Positions 27,309-37,247 of a stretch of 55,647 bases of DNA are shown here, in pieces. Numbering within the stretch: the stretch's first letter is position 1; the number at the start of each line of letters is the position of its first letter. Made by a program: the position numbers and the translations under genes. The notes beneath the pieces are model-generated. The model was not told the origin of the DNA. It did not search any database and saw only the letters and a program-made list of their open reading frames with translations. The stretch covers positions 1-55,647 of IMG/VR virus record IMGVR_UViG_3300044838_000023. One strand, written 5' to 3'. Source of the DNA: a virus. Lineage: Duplodnaviria; Caudoviricetes.

Positions 27309-27638
27309 ATGGCTACCAACTTTGTGGCATATCTTGCCAATGCCAAGAAAGCGATCATCCAGGTCACAGGTCTCGTGGGCGCACTCTGTGCCCTCGGGAT
27401 TCTTCCGTCGCCTTATTCTGTGTGGGCGGCAACGCTTCTCGGGATCCTGACGACTATCTCGCACTACCTGACGAGCAACGCAGACGCTCCTGGAACTACG
27501 TCGGCTCTCGAAGATTTCGAGCCTCCGGCCGATGATGATCCAGATGAGCCAATCCCGGATGAATTCAAGCCGGCAGTTCTCGTCACCGCAGGACAGGTCG
27601 CAGCCAACAATGAGATTGCGGCTCCACCCACCACGTAA
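27309..27638 (+). CDS. Probable holin
   Basis: Two TM helices and acidic tail, directly after the endolysin. Confidence 0.6.
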   Translation: MATNFVAYLANAKKAIIQVTGLVGALCALGILPSPYSVWAATLLGILTTISHYLTSNADAPGTTSALEDFEPPADDDPDEPIPDEFKPAVLVTAGQVAANNEIAAPPTT

Positions 27639-27652
27639 GGAGGTGACCCCAC

Positions 27653-28069
27653 ATGCCCACAGATACACAAAGTATTCTCACGTCAACCAAGAAGGTGCTC
27701 GGCATCCAGGAGGACTACGAGTACTTTGACGTTGACATCATCTTTCACATCAACTCAGCTTTCTCAACGTTGAACCAGTTGGGTCTAGGTCCAGATGCTG
27801 GGTACATGATCGAAGATAAGACGGCTGTGTGGGGGGATTTCCTCGGTGGAAATCTGCATCTCAATTCTGTCAAGACCTATATCTTTCTAAAATTGAAGAT
27901 CGTCTTTGATCCGCCGCAGACTTCTTTTGTTCTTGCATCGTTGCAGGAGCAGGTCAGGGAGCTCGAGTGGCGTCTCAACGTTGAGCGCGAAAGCACCCAG
28001 TGGATTGATCCTGATCCTCCGGGACGAGTAGAAGACGAAGACCTCGTTATTGATGGAGGTACGATCTGA
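27653..28069 (+). CDS. Probable head-to-tail adaptor
   Basis: SIL.S.KK.LGI..FD.DI..HIN..L.QLG and FDPP..ELEWRL pattern. Confidence 0.6.
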   Translation: MPTDTQSILTSTKKVLGIQEDYEYFDVDIIFHINSAFSTLNQLGLGPDAGYMIEDKTAVWGDFLGGNLHLNSVKTYIFLKLKIVFDPPQTSFVLASLQEQVRELEWRLNVERESTQWIDPDPPGRVEDEDLVIDGGTI

Positions 28070-28389
28070 TGGCTGACACTCTTCAGTTTCTACGAGGAAC
28101 CTCTACAAGATGGACCTCGACGAATCATATCCTCAAGGCTGGTGAACCAGGAATCGAGACAGACACCAACCGCTTCAAGATTGGTGACGGTTTCACTTCC
28201 TGGAATGAGCTTGAGTACTACCTGACTGAAGATGGGATCAGTGCCATGATTCAGGAAGCCATCGCTGATTCAGGTGGGGGAGGTTCCGATGGTCTGGCTC
28301 TTACAGCGCATATTAACTCGGCAACCCCCCACCCTGTCTACGACGATGGACCGTCGTTGGCTCTCCTCTACGAGAATGCGAAGGTATAA
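28069..28389 (+). CDS. Minor virion protein with hyaluronidase/Mtd-type N-terminal motif
   Basis: RGT...W...N..L..GEPGIETDT..FKIGDG...WN.L.Y. Confidence 0.65.
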   Translation: MADTLQFLRGTSTRWTSTNHILKAGEPGIETDTNRFKIGDGFTSWNELEYYLTEDGISAMIQEAIADSGGGGSDGLALTAHINSATPHPVYDDGPSLALLYENAKV

Positions 28390-28391
28390 GA

Positions 28392-29372
28392 ATGTCCATG
28401 CAGACTCGTCTGAGCGACCTTATTACGGCGGTCGGCACAGACATCAAGCTCCTTCGGACCTATATCACCGGGAGCTCAACTGGTGATCTAACAGGTCTGA
28501 CCACCACAGCAAAGGGCTCGGTTGTAGCCGCGATCAACGAAGTCAAGGCTTCTGCGACTGGATCACCCCCTGCAGCAACTGAGACTCAGGCAGGTGTTGC
28601 AGAGATTGCGACGCAGGCCGAGACGAACACTGGCACCGATGACGCTCGGATGGTTTCGCCGCTGAAGCTTAAAACCTATGGCGATGCTGCATATCAGCCA
28701 CTCGACACAGATCTGACATCCATCGCCGCGATTGCTACGACCTCGTATGGTCGGGCATTTCTCGCTCTCGCAAACCAGGCCGGCCTTCAGGCGCTTCTCG
28801 GTCTTGACACCGACGTTGCTCTGACGGCCAACAGTGACACCAAGATTGCCACGCAGAAGGCGGTCAAGGCTTATGCGGATGGCTTGCTCGACGCCAGCAA
28901 TGCGTTCGTCTACAAGGGTGGTCTGGACTGCTCTACGAGTCCGAACTATCCGGCTGCTAGTGCAGGTTGGACCTATAAGGTCACTGTCGCTGGCAAGATC
29001 GGTGGGGCATCCGGCATCGTCGTCGAAGTAGGCGATACGATCACCTGTTTGGTCGATTCATCTGGTGCAGGTAACCAGGCGACTGTTGGAGCGAACTGGC
29101 TTGTTACGCAGACCAACATCGATGGAGCCATGATTGGTCCGGCTTCTTCCGTCTCCGGCGGTATCCCGACGTTCTCTGGCACTACCGGCAAGGCCGTTAC
29201 AGACTCAGCTGTTCTGATCAGCATCGACGGCACCATGGCGTCCAACGTCGACACGAAGATCCCGACTGAGAAGGCTGTTCGCACATATCTCGGTGCGACG
29301 TACTACACGCAGACTCAGCTCGGTAATTACGACACCGACCTGGCCGCTCTCTACGCCACTGCGAAGGCGTGA
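28392..29372 (+). CDS. Fibre/decoration virion protein
   Basis: A/T/G-rich; LTT.AK..V.AINEV, ATET.AG.AEIATQAE fibre repeats. Confidence 0.65.
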   Translation: MSMQTRLSDLITAVGTDIKLLRTYITGSSTGDLTGLTTTAKGSVVAAINEVKASATGSPPAATETQAGVAEIATQAETNTGTDDARMVSPLKLKTYGDAAYQPLDTDLTSIAAIATTSYGRAFLALANQAGLQALLGLDTDVALTANSDTKIATQKAVKAYADGLLDASNAFVYKGGLDCSTSPNYPAASAGWTYKVTVAGKIGGASGIVVEVGDTITCLVDSSGAGNQATVGANWLVTQTNIDGAMIGPASSVSGGIPTFSGTTGKAVTDSAVLISIDGTMASNVDTKIPTEKAVRTYLGATYYTQTQLGNYDTDLAALYATAKA

Positions 29373-29749
29373 GCCTACAAGACCGCCTCGCTTCGCTTAT
29401 TTCCGCTATCGGGGCGGACATCAAAACGGTGATGCCGCTAGTTACGACGACGGCGTCATCTACCACTCCAGCACCAACGGGTAGTGCACTTCGGAATGAG
29501 CTGTATGTGACTGCGTTGGCAGTAGGCGCAACTGTCGCAGCTCCTTCTGGAACTCCTACAAATGGGAACTCGCTTCTCATTCGCATCAAGGATTCTGGAA
29601 CAGCTCGTTCTCTTGCTTGGAATGCCATCTATCGAGCAGTTGGCGTCACATTGCCGACAACGACGGTGGTCAGCAAGAACCTTTATATCGGTGTTAAGTA
29701 CAACTCCACCGACACCAAGTGGGATGTAATCGCTGTCGGACAGGAGTAG
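29369..29749 (+). CDS. Small virion protein
   Basis: N-terminus similar to 28392; beta-rich. Confidence 0.6.
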   Translation: MSLQDRLASLISAIGADIKTVMPLVTTTASSTTPAPTGSALRNELYVTALAVGATVAAPSGTPTNGNSLLIRIKDSGTARSLAWNAIYRAVGVTLPTTTVVSKNLYIGVKYNSTDTKWDVIAVGQE

Positions 29750-29752
29750 CAA

Positions 29753-30490
29753 ATGTCTGACTGGGCGAATCACGTGGTTATCAAGCTCCCACAGAACGGA
29801 ACTAATCAACACATCGGTGACCCATCCAACGCGACAGGTGGCGGAACAGTCGTTGATGGTTCAGCATTTACACCAACGGCTGGACGTCTTATTGTTATGC
29901 TTGCTTATGGTGGGCAGACGGCAGGAGGTAATACTTCTGTGCCAACGTCACCTCCAAGTGGGTGGACTGGTCCAGCAAACAATCAAGCTGTCGGTAATGG
30001 CGGTCTATACGTGTGGTACAAGACTGCCGCAGGTGGTGATACAGCCAGCCTTCTCCATAACGGAACGAACTACCCAGAGATTCTGGATGTCTATGAGTTT
30101 GGCGCCGGTTCAACCTTCATTGTATCAGCCACACTCACGGGTCAGAATCCATCCGGTGGAGCTGGTCCATCGATTAGTGGTCTCACTGGTACGAACTGGA
30201 TTGCTGGCGTAGTTGGTGGAAACCTGGGACAGGTGACCCGGACAACAGTAGTAAGCACCTGGTCTGCTGGCACCAAGATTGCAGACGCCTTCATGAATGC
30301 TGCCGCCTTTGTCGATGGCTGCACATATTCGCTGTCAGAGTTCAACTCGGATACATCTACAAGTAAGGCTTTGTCTGCGACCACCGTTCCAAACACGGGA
30401 ACAATTGCGACTACGGAACGTCTTGTGTTCGCCATTAAAGTAGTTGCTGTTGTAGCACCCAAAACAAACGGCTTCTTTAACTTTCTCTGA
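29753..30490 (+). CDS. Beta-rich putative minor virion protein
   Basis: G/T/S-rich, PSGWT and VWYK motifs. Confidence 0.55.
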   Translation: MSDWANHVVIKLPQNGTNQHIGDPSNATGGGTVVDGSAFTPTAGRLIVMLAYGGQTAGGNTSVPTSPPSGWTGPANNQAVGNGGLYVWYKTAAGGDTASLLHNGTNYPEILDVYEFGAGSTFIVSATLTGQNPSGGAGPSISGLTGTNWIAGVVGGNLGQVTRTTVVSTWSAGTKIADAFMNAAAFVDGCTYSLSEFNSDTSTSKALSATTVPNTGTIATTERLVFAIKVVAVVAPKTNGFFNFL

Positions 30491-30496
30491 GAGGAG

Positions 30497-32035
30497 GTGG
30501 AAATGACATTACCAGATGTAGTTGTCGGCCAACCACACACCGCTGCTCATAACGATGAACGCCACACAATTAATTCTTTGTCGGAAGATCATGTTGGCAA
30601 TACTGATCTTGTTAATTACGCGTTGCCTGCTTTCGGCGGTATGTCCATATTCCTGGCTGGCGACTCAATTAGCCTGAATGGGCATCTGCAAGGACATGGG
30701 TTCGCAGATCTCGTGCACGGGGCCATCTTAATGTCCGATTTGTCCTTTTGTGGTTGGGCACTTCCACAAACTCAGGGTCGTTTCCGTTTCTCAGGTGTCG
30801 CTGCAACTCATGGTTGGACTTCAGCTCAAATTCTCAGTGATCACATTCCTGTTGCGGTCACTTCATCGGCTACTCATGTTCATATCCTCGCGGGTACGAA
30901 CGACAACAACGGCGTGATCACTTTAGCTACCACCAAGGCGAACATCACAGCGATGATTACAGCAGTTGTGGCAGCAGGAAAGATTCCGATCCTCGCTACG
31001 ATTCCTCCGCAGGACGCAAACAACACTGGTGCTGGTCTGTTGTTCATCACGAAGCTGAATTTCTGGATTCGAAGAATGGCTAGCGTAAACAAGCTGCCTC
31101 TCGCTGATTACTGGAAGGAATTGGTCTCATCGACCAATACATATCTTCCCACGTACAGCAGTGATGGCGTTCACCCAACTAACATCGCGGCAAAGGTGAT
31201 GGGTAATGTGTTGGCGGCAACATTGAACCTGACACCGACTTCGCATAAGGGATCGCCTCTTTGGTCATCCTACAACCCGAACCTAATTCTCCCAGATGCC
31301 TGCTTTACTTCAACAACAACTGGTGAAAAGTGGGTTGGTGCAGGTTCGACGACCGCTCTATTCTTCCAGGGGGCTGTTGCTCCTAATGCATTCAAAGGGA
31401 GTTCGTTCGTCGTCACTCGAGGATCAGCTGGTGACTACTCATTAATTGGTCCAACATCAGGAACTACTGCAGTAAACAAATGGACAGCCGGTAACAAGGT
31501 TCGTCTTGGGTTCGCTGTAGATGTTTCTAGAATTGGAACTAATGGTCAATGGTCAGCAATGCTCTATGATAGTACAGATGTCTCAGCTATCTGTGGCTAT
31601 CAGAGTATGGGACTTGGAATGACGAATGGTAGTCTGACGACTCTTGATCTCGCTACTACCAGTGGCAGCAAGACGATCACTTGTGCTTCTGCCCCATTCC
31701 TTCAGTCCCATGTTGGGCTCGATGTTATTGGGCAGAACTCAGCACTGGCATCGATCATTCCAGTGGGAACGACGATCAGGAATATCTCACTCGATGGCAC
31801 GCAGGCATATTTGTCCGCGGCTGCATCTGCGACCGCATCGGCAGCATGTCTTACGATCATCTCACCATATCAGATCATCGCATTTGATATGACATGGCCG
31901 GCAGCGCTTATTGGGCACACGATCGATTTTCGTTTCACTGCTAGTGGTACTGGTGGTGGAGCAAACGGACAGGGCACCACGGTATCTTGTGCTCAAGTGA
32001 CAGTTGCCGATCTAACCGCGCTCGAAGCAGCCTGA
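30497..32035 (+). CDS. SGNH/GDSL hydrolase-containing virion protein (esterase, tail-spike-like)
   Basis: GDSIS, GTND, DGVHP blocks; beta-rich C-terminus. Confidence 0.85.
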   Translation: MEMTLPDVVVGQPHTAAHNDERHTINSLSEDHVGNTDLVNYALPAFGGMSIFLAGDSISLNGHLQGHGFADLVHGAILMSDLSFCGWALPQTQGRFRFSGVAATHGWTSAQILSDHIPVAVTSSATHVHILAGTNDNNGVITLATTKANITAMITAVVAAGKIPILATIPPQDANNTGAGLLFITKLNFWIRRMASVNKLPLADYWKELVSSTNTYLPTYSSDGVHPTNIAAKVMGNVLAATLNLTPTSHKGSPLWSSYNPNLILPDACFTSTTTGEKWVGAGSTTALFFQGAVAPNAFKGSSFVVTRGSAGDYSLIGPTSGTTAVNKWTAGNKVRLGFAVDVSRIGTNGQWSAMLYDSTDVSAICGYQSMGLGMTNGSLTTLDLATTSGSKTITCASAPFLQSHVGLDVIGQNSALASIIPVGTTIRNISLDGTQAYLSAAASATASAACLTIISPYQIIAFDMTWPAALIGHTIDFRFTASGTGGGANGQGTTVSCAQVTVADLTALEAA

Positions 32036-32046
32036 GAGGAGGCATC

Positions 32047-32958
32047 ATGACCGGTGTAGCTATTGTAGCAGTCCCGCCCGAGGACGATTATATCTGGAAG
32101 CTCTCTAGTGAGAAAGTCCCGCACATGACTCTTCTCTTTCTTGGCGAAATGGAGCCGGGTCCAGAGATGGCTCGTATCGAATCATTTCTGCAGCACATTG
32201 TCGACACAAGTCTGAGTCGATTTGGGATGTACGTTGATCATCGTGGAGAACTCGGTCCAATGAACGCCGATGTTCTTTTCTTTAAGAACAAAGAGCACTC
32301 ACAAATCTCAATTGCTCGACGATCGATGCTGACGAATCCTGATATTCGACTGGCCTACGAAACGGCCGATCAGTTTCCAGACTGGACTCCTCATCTCACG
32401 ATGGGTTATCCCGAAACACCGGCGAAGGACGATCCTCGAGATTACCCAGGAACTAGTTGGGTCAATTTCGATCGACTCGCTTTCTGGGTTGATGATTTCG
32501 ACGGTCCAGAATTCGAACTAAAAGAGCAAGAGGAGGTGAGTCTGGCCATGTCGGATGTGTTTGTGACCGATTTCCTCCAGCACCACGGTGTAAAGGGGCA
32601 GAAGTGGGGTGTTCGAAGAGAACGTTCAACATCTGTAACTACGTCTCACACTCCTGGAAAGAAGATCAAGGCAAAGGGCGGCCAAGACCTTCCATCTCAC
32701 GAGGATGCGGTAAAGGCTGCGGTTTCAAAACAGCGTGCAAAGAAGAGCACAACTGACGCGCTTAGTAACAAAGAGCTAAAAGACCTCGTGGAGCGCATGA
32801 ACCTCGAGCAGCAATACAGTCGCCTCTCCGGTAAGGGTAACAAAGGTGAGGGTCAGAAGTTTGTAGAAGAGCAGCTCAAATCCGTCGGTCGACAGAAGAT
32901 CCAAGACGCGCTCAAGAAGACTGCCAAAGCGGCAGCTGTTGGGGCGGTCCTACCGTAA
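32047..32958 (+). CDS. 2H phosphoesterase domain fused to an HHGVKGQKWGVRR-motif domain
   Basis: PHMTL and PHLTM (two HxT motifs); SD aggagg at 32047; internal in-frame ATG 32548 with SD aggaggtga. Confidence 0.8.
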   Translation: MTGVAIVAVPPEDDYIWKLSSEKVPHMTLLFLGEMEPGPEMARIESFLQHIVDTSLSRFGMYVDHRGELGPMNADVLFFKNKEHSQISIARRSMLTNPDIRLAYETADQFPDWTPHLTMGYPETPAKDDPRDYPGTSWVNFDRLAFWVDDFDGPEFELKEQEEVSLAMSDVFVTDFLQHHGVKGQKWGVRRERSTSVTTSHTPGKKIKAKGGQDLPSHEDAVKAAVSKQRAKKSTTDALSNKELKDLVERMNLEQQYSRLSGKGNKGEGQKFVEEQLKSVGRQKIQDALKKTAKAAAVGAVLP

Positions 32959-32973
32959 GAGAGGAGGTCAGCA

Positions 32974-34719
32974 ATGGTGCTCAGTAATAGGGCTACGCCC
33001 ATTTATTACGGTCAATTCCGTGATGTAGTTCTACGTGGCGATATTCCAGTAAATCGGGAGATCTCGCTCGAGATGAACCGCATTGATGCGCTCATTGCTG
33101 ATCCGAACTTCTATTACGACGGGGCAGTAGTTGAGGGCTTTGTTCGTTATTGTGAGAATGAACTCACATTGACCGACGGAGGTGATCTTCATCTACTCGA
33201 CTCATTCAAGCTGTGGGCCGAGGAAATTCTTGGTTGGTACTACTACGTTCAGCGTAGTGTGTATGAGCCAAACCCCGATGGCGGTGATGGGCACTTCGTA
33301 ACGAAGACCATTAAGAAGCGTCTAGTCACCAAACAATACCTGATCGTGGCCAGAGGTGCGGCCAAGTCGATGTATGCGGAATGCTTACAGTCATATTTCC
33401 TCAACGTCGATACCTCAACCACTCACCAGATCACAACGGCTCCGACGATGAAGCAAGCAGAAGAGGTCATGTCGCCGTTTCGTACGGCGATTACGCGTGC
33501 CAAGGGTCCACTCTTTCAGTTCCTGACTGAGGGCTCACTCCAGAACACAACGGGATCGCGTATGAATCGTGTTAAGCTTGCCTCGACGAAGAAAGGCATC
33601 GAGAACTTCCTCACGGGATCCATTCTCGAGATCCGGCCGATGGCCATTACGAAGCTACAGGGGCTTCGACCCAAGGTATCCACAATCGATGAGTGGCTGT
33701 CTGGTGATATCCGTGAGGATGTTGTAGGTGCCATCGAGCAGGGCGCATCGAAGTTGGATGATTACCTGATTGTTGCTATCTCTTCCGAGGGAACGGTTCG
33801 TAATGGCTCCGGCGATACGATCAAGATGGAGTTGCAGAAGATTCTGAAGGGTGAATATTTGGCCCCTCACGTTTCTATCTGGCATTACAAGCTGGATGAG
33901 CTAGAAGAAGTAGGTGATCCGTCCACCTGGGTGAAGGCAAACCCCAATCTTGGGCGTACGGTCTCTTACGAAACGTATCACCTGGATGTCGAGCGTGCAG
34001 AGAAAGCCCCAGCTGCTAGAAACGACATTCTCGCAAAGCGTTTCGGCATCCCAATGGAGGGCTACACCTACTTCTTTACATATGAGGAGACTCTCCCGCA
34101 TCTTAAGGCAGAATTCTGGGAGCTTCCTTGTTCTCTTGGGGCCGACCTATCGCAAGGCGATGATTTCTGCGCATTCACGTTCTTATTCCCGATCGCCAAT
34201 GGCTTCTTTGGGGTAAAGACTCGGAGCTATATTACGTCATTGACGTTAATGAAGCTTCCTGGTGCGATGCGACAGAAGTATGACGAGTTCCTCAACGAAG
34301 GTAGCCTGCATGTGCTCGAGGGTACCGTCCTTGACATGATGCAGGTCTATGAGGACCTTGATCATTTTGTCATCGATTCGAGATTCGATGTTCGGACCTT
34401 GGGATTCGATCCGTATAACGCCAAGGAATTCGTGACTCGATGGGAAGCTGAGAACGGCCCCTTTGGAATTGAAAAAGTCATCCAGGGAGCCAAGACCGAG
34501 TCGGTGCCTCTCGGTGAGATTAAAATCTTAAGTGAGCAACGAATGCTCATTTTCGACCAGGCACTAATGACCTTCGCGATGGGTAATGCGATTACGTTGG
34601 AAGATACAAACGGAAACCGCAAGCTCCTGAAGAAGCGACAAGAAGAAAAGATCGACAATGTGGCGGCCCTCATGGACGCCTACATCGCATACAAGGCTAA
34701 CAAGGAGGCGTTCGAGTGA
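32974..34719 (+). CDS. terL: Terminase large subunit
   Basis: VARGAAKS Walker A, IDE Walker B, W.KANP, GADLS..DD, FDPYNA, KIDNVAA nuclease motifs. Confidence 0.92.
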   Translation: MVLSNRATPIYYGQFRDVVLRGDIPVNREISLEMNRIDALIADPNFYYDGAVVEGFVRYCENELTLTDGGDLHLLDSFKLWAEEILGWYYYVQRSVYEPNPDGGDGHFVTKTIKKRLVTKQYLIVARGAAKSMYAECLQSYFLNVDTSTTHQITTAPTMKQAEEVMSPFRTAITRAKGPLFQFLTEGSLQNTTGSRMNRVKLASTKKGIENFLTGSILEIRPMAITKLQGLRPKVSTIDEWLSGDIREDVVGAIEQGASKLDDYLIVAISSEGTVRNGSGDTIKMELQKILKGEYLAPHVSIWHYKLDELEEVGDPSTWVKANPNLGRTVSYETYHLDVERAEKAPAARNDILAKRFGIPMEGYTYFFTYEETLPHLKAEFWELPCSLGADLSQGDDFCAFTFLFPIANGFFGVKTRSYITSLTLMKLPGAMRQKYDEFLNEGSLHVLEGTVLDMMQVYEDLDHFVIDSRFDVRTLGFDPYNAKEFVTRWEAENGPFGIEKVIQGAKTESVPLGEIKILSEQRMLIFDQALMTFAMGNAITLEDTNGNRKLLKKRQEEKIDNVAALMDAYIAYKANKEAFE

Positions 34720-35162
34720 CATTCGAAAATCAAGTCAATCCGCCGATGGACGAGGTCCTCGAGCACCATGGCGTCAAGGGACAGAAGTGGGGTGTGCGTC
34801 GGAAAGATGGCGGGGCTATCCCCAGTAATGTCAAGCGGCATATGGAAAAAGCGGAAACCAAATTCCAAAACAAGCGCTCTGTTGCAAATTCCAAAGTTGC
34901 TCAAGATCGAAAAGTTGGAACTCTCAATCCGAAAAACAACGCCAAGGCTGTGAAATTAAACACACAGAATAAAAAGAACCAGGTCGAACTTCAAAAAGCT
35001 GGACTGGAGATTTTCAAGAAACTTCCGGACGCGGCAAAACAAACGAAGGTTTCAGAACTTAAGAAGACCAAGGCAAGCACCATGTCGAAGGGTGAAAAAG
35101 CTGCGGTTTACTTACTTACTGGGCCGATCATTGGGCATTACATCATCAAAAAGAACAGTTAG
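34716..35162 (+). CDS. Basic HHGVKGQKWGVRR-motif protein, probably virion-internal
   Basis: LEHHGVKGQKWGVRR near the N-terminus; Lys-rich; between terL and portal. Confidence 0.7.
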   Translation: MTFENQVNPPMDEVLEHHGVKGQKWGVRRKDGGAIPSNVKRHMEKAETKFQNKRSVANSKVAQDRKVGTLNPKNNAKAVKLNTQNKKNQVELQKAGLEIFKKLPDAAKQTKVSELKKTKASTMSKGEKAAVYLLTGPIIGHYIIKKNS

Positions 35163-35195
35163 CACCCAAGTGCTCTTAGAGAGAGGAGGTGACAC

Positions 35196-36680
35196 ATGGC
35201 TTCATTCATGGACCGTATGCGGGGCGCTTGGAATGCGTTCACGAGCGAAGAGGAAGATCCATTCCGTCCGGTCTCAGGACAATCGTACGGAGGGTACGTA
35301 AGTACTCGTCCCGATCGAACTCGTTTACGCATCGCTGGCGAGCGCTCCATCATCTCCTCCATCTATACCCGAATGAGCATCGACATCGCGTCAATTGATA
35401 TTCGTCATACCCGACATGACGATTCCGATCGTTATCTGGAAGACATTCAGAGCGGTTTGAACAATTGTCTGACGGTGGAAGCGAACCTCGACCAGGCAGC
35501 TCGAGCCTTTCGTCAGGATATTATTCTGACTGTCTTCGATAAAGGTGTTGCTGCAGTTGTTCCGGTGGATACCACCATCGATCCAAAGATCAGTGGTGGT
35601 TATGACATCCGAACACTTCGAGTCGGCGAGATCTGTCAGTGGTACCCGAATCATGTTCGGGTGAATCTCTACGATGAGCGTGTCGGAATGCGGAAAGAGA
35701 TCGTACTCCCAAAGCAAACCGTTGCAATCATCGAGAACCCGCTGTATTCTGTGATGAATGAACCGAACTCGACTCTTCAGCGCCTTATTCTGAAGCTTTC
35801 GATGTTGGACTCGGTTGATCAAGCTACTAGTTCTGGAAAACTTGACCTTATCATTCAATTGCCCTACGTGATCAAGACGGACGCCCGTAGGCAGCAGGCT
35901 GAACAGCGAGCCAAGGACATCGAATTCCAGCTCAAGAGTAATCAGTATGGGATTGCCTACACTGACGGCACTGAAAAGGTCACCCAGCTGAATCGACCAG
36001 CTGAGAACAATCTTCTTGGCCAGATCGAGAGTCTAAAGACTCAGCTATATTCTGAACTAGGTCTTACGCCAACAGTGATGGATGGCACAGCAAACGAAGC
36101 AACAATGCTGAACTACAACAACCGGACAGTAGAGCCTATGTTGGGCGCAATCACTGAAGCAATGACTCGTGTCTTCCTCACAAGGACAGCGCGTAGTCAG
36201 GGCCAGGCAATCGACTACTTCCGGAATCCGTTCAAGTTGGTTCCGATGTCGGACATGGCCGAAATGGTGGATAAGTTCACTCGTAACGAGGTGCTTACCT
36301 CAAATGAGGTCCGTCAGTACATAGGTGTCAAGCCATCTAAGGACCCGAAGGCAGATCAGCTGATCAATAGCAACATGCCACAGGGTGACACAGGCGTGCC
36401 AATCCCGGGAACCGACGCCAGTGGTTCAGCGACAGCTCCGGTTGTCCAAGACCCACAGGCCGATCCGAACGCTGCGTCTGACACGGCTCCACTCGACAGC
36501 GTGAATGATTCAATCTCGGCCGCGTTCAGTTCTTTCGGTGGAACGCCGCCAACCGACACACCACCACCGCCGCCAACTGGCGATCTCGATCCAGATGTCG
36601 TGCTGTCATCTCTCGATGATCTCGACAAGTCGATCGATTCAATGTTTTCCGGATTGGGGGTCGATGATGAAACTCCCTGA
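35196..36680 (+). CDS. Portal protein
   Basis: 494 aa after terL; IY.R.SIDIAS, L..EAN.DQ, TSNE.R motifs; acidic Pro-rich tail. Confidence 0.85.
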   Translation: MASFMDRMRGAWNAFTSEEEDPFRPVSGQSYGGYVSTRPDRTRLRIAGERSIISSIYTRMSIDIASIDIRHTRHDDSDRYLEDIQSGLNNCLTVEANLDQAARAFRQDIILTVFDKGVAAVVPVDTTIDPKISGGYDIRTLRVGEICQWYPNHVRVNLYDERVGMRKEIVLPKQTVAIIENPLYSVMNEPNSTLQRLILKLSMLDSVDQATSSGKLDLIIQLPYVIKTDARRQQAEQRAKDIEFQLKSNQYGIAYTDGTEKVTQLNRPAENNLLGQIESLKTQLYSELGLTPTVMDGTANEATMLNYNNRTVEPMLGAITEAMTRVFLTRTARSQGQAIDYFRNPFKLVPMSDMAEMVDKFTRNEVLTSNEVRQYIGVKPSKDPKADQLINSNMPQGDTGVPIPGTDASGSATAPVVQDPQADPNAASDTAPLDSVNDSISAAFSSFGGTPPTDTPPPPPTGDLDPDVVLSSLDDLDKSIDSMFSGLGVDDETP

Positions 36681-37212
36681 CGGGACGATCCTGATGCATG
36701 ACGGCCTCCCATACGATCCGGCGAAGGCCCATGACTACTACGAGAAGCACAAGAAGCTCAAGGGTCGACAGGCCGGCAAGGGGACATTCACGATCAAGAA
36801 TTCCTCTTCCGGAAAGACGTCCAAGATCTCTGCTAAGCAGCTCGAAGAGCAGAAGGTCTATGCGGCGGCACGTACCACCCAGATCAAAAAGAATCTCAGT
36901 GATCTTGGAGTGCTGCTGAAGGACAAGATGGAGAAGGCGAAGGCTGCTGCCGCAAAGGCAGACAAACCACCAACCCTGGCTGAGAAGGCAAAAGCTGCTC
37001 GTGATGCTGAGGCTTATCGAAAGTCTCACAAGCAGTCGATTGCCAACAAAGCCAAGACGGCAGCAAGCTCGTCGTCTTCATCCAGCAGCTCATCCACGGC
37101 CCAGCCCGATACGGTCGACTCACTGAAGAAGGAGATAACGACGACCAAGGCCAGTCTCAAAGCTGCTGTTGCGAAACAGCGGGACCTTGCAACAGCAAAG
37201 AAGAACGGCTAA
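36664..37212 (+). CDS. Basic Lys/Ala-rich protein, probably head-internal
   Basis: ILMH.G..YDP.KAH.YY...K.LKGR N-terminus; between portal and capsid. Confidence 0.65.
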   Translation: MMKLPDGTILMHDGLPYDPAKAHDYYEKHKKLKGRQAGKGTFTIKNSSSGKTSKISAKQLEEQKVYAAARTTQIKKNLSDLGVLLKDKMEKAKAAAAKADKPPTLAEKAKAARDAEAYRKSHKQSIANKAKTAASSSSSSSSSSTAQPDTVDSLKKEITTTKASLKAAVAKQRDLATAKKNG

Positions 37213-37247
37213 TCGGCCGTTACTCACACCGAAAGGAGACAGTCAAA

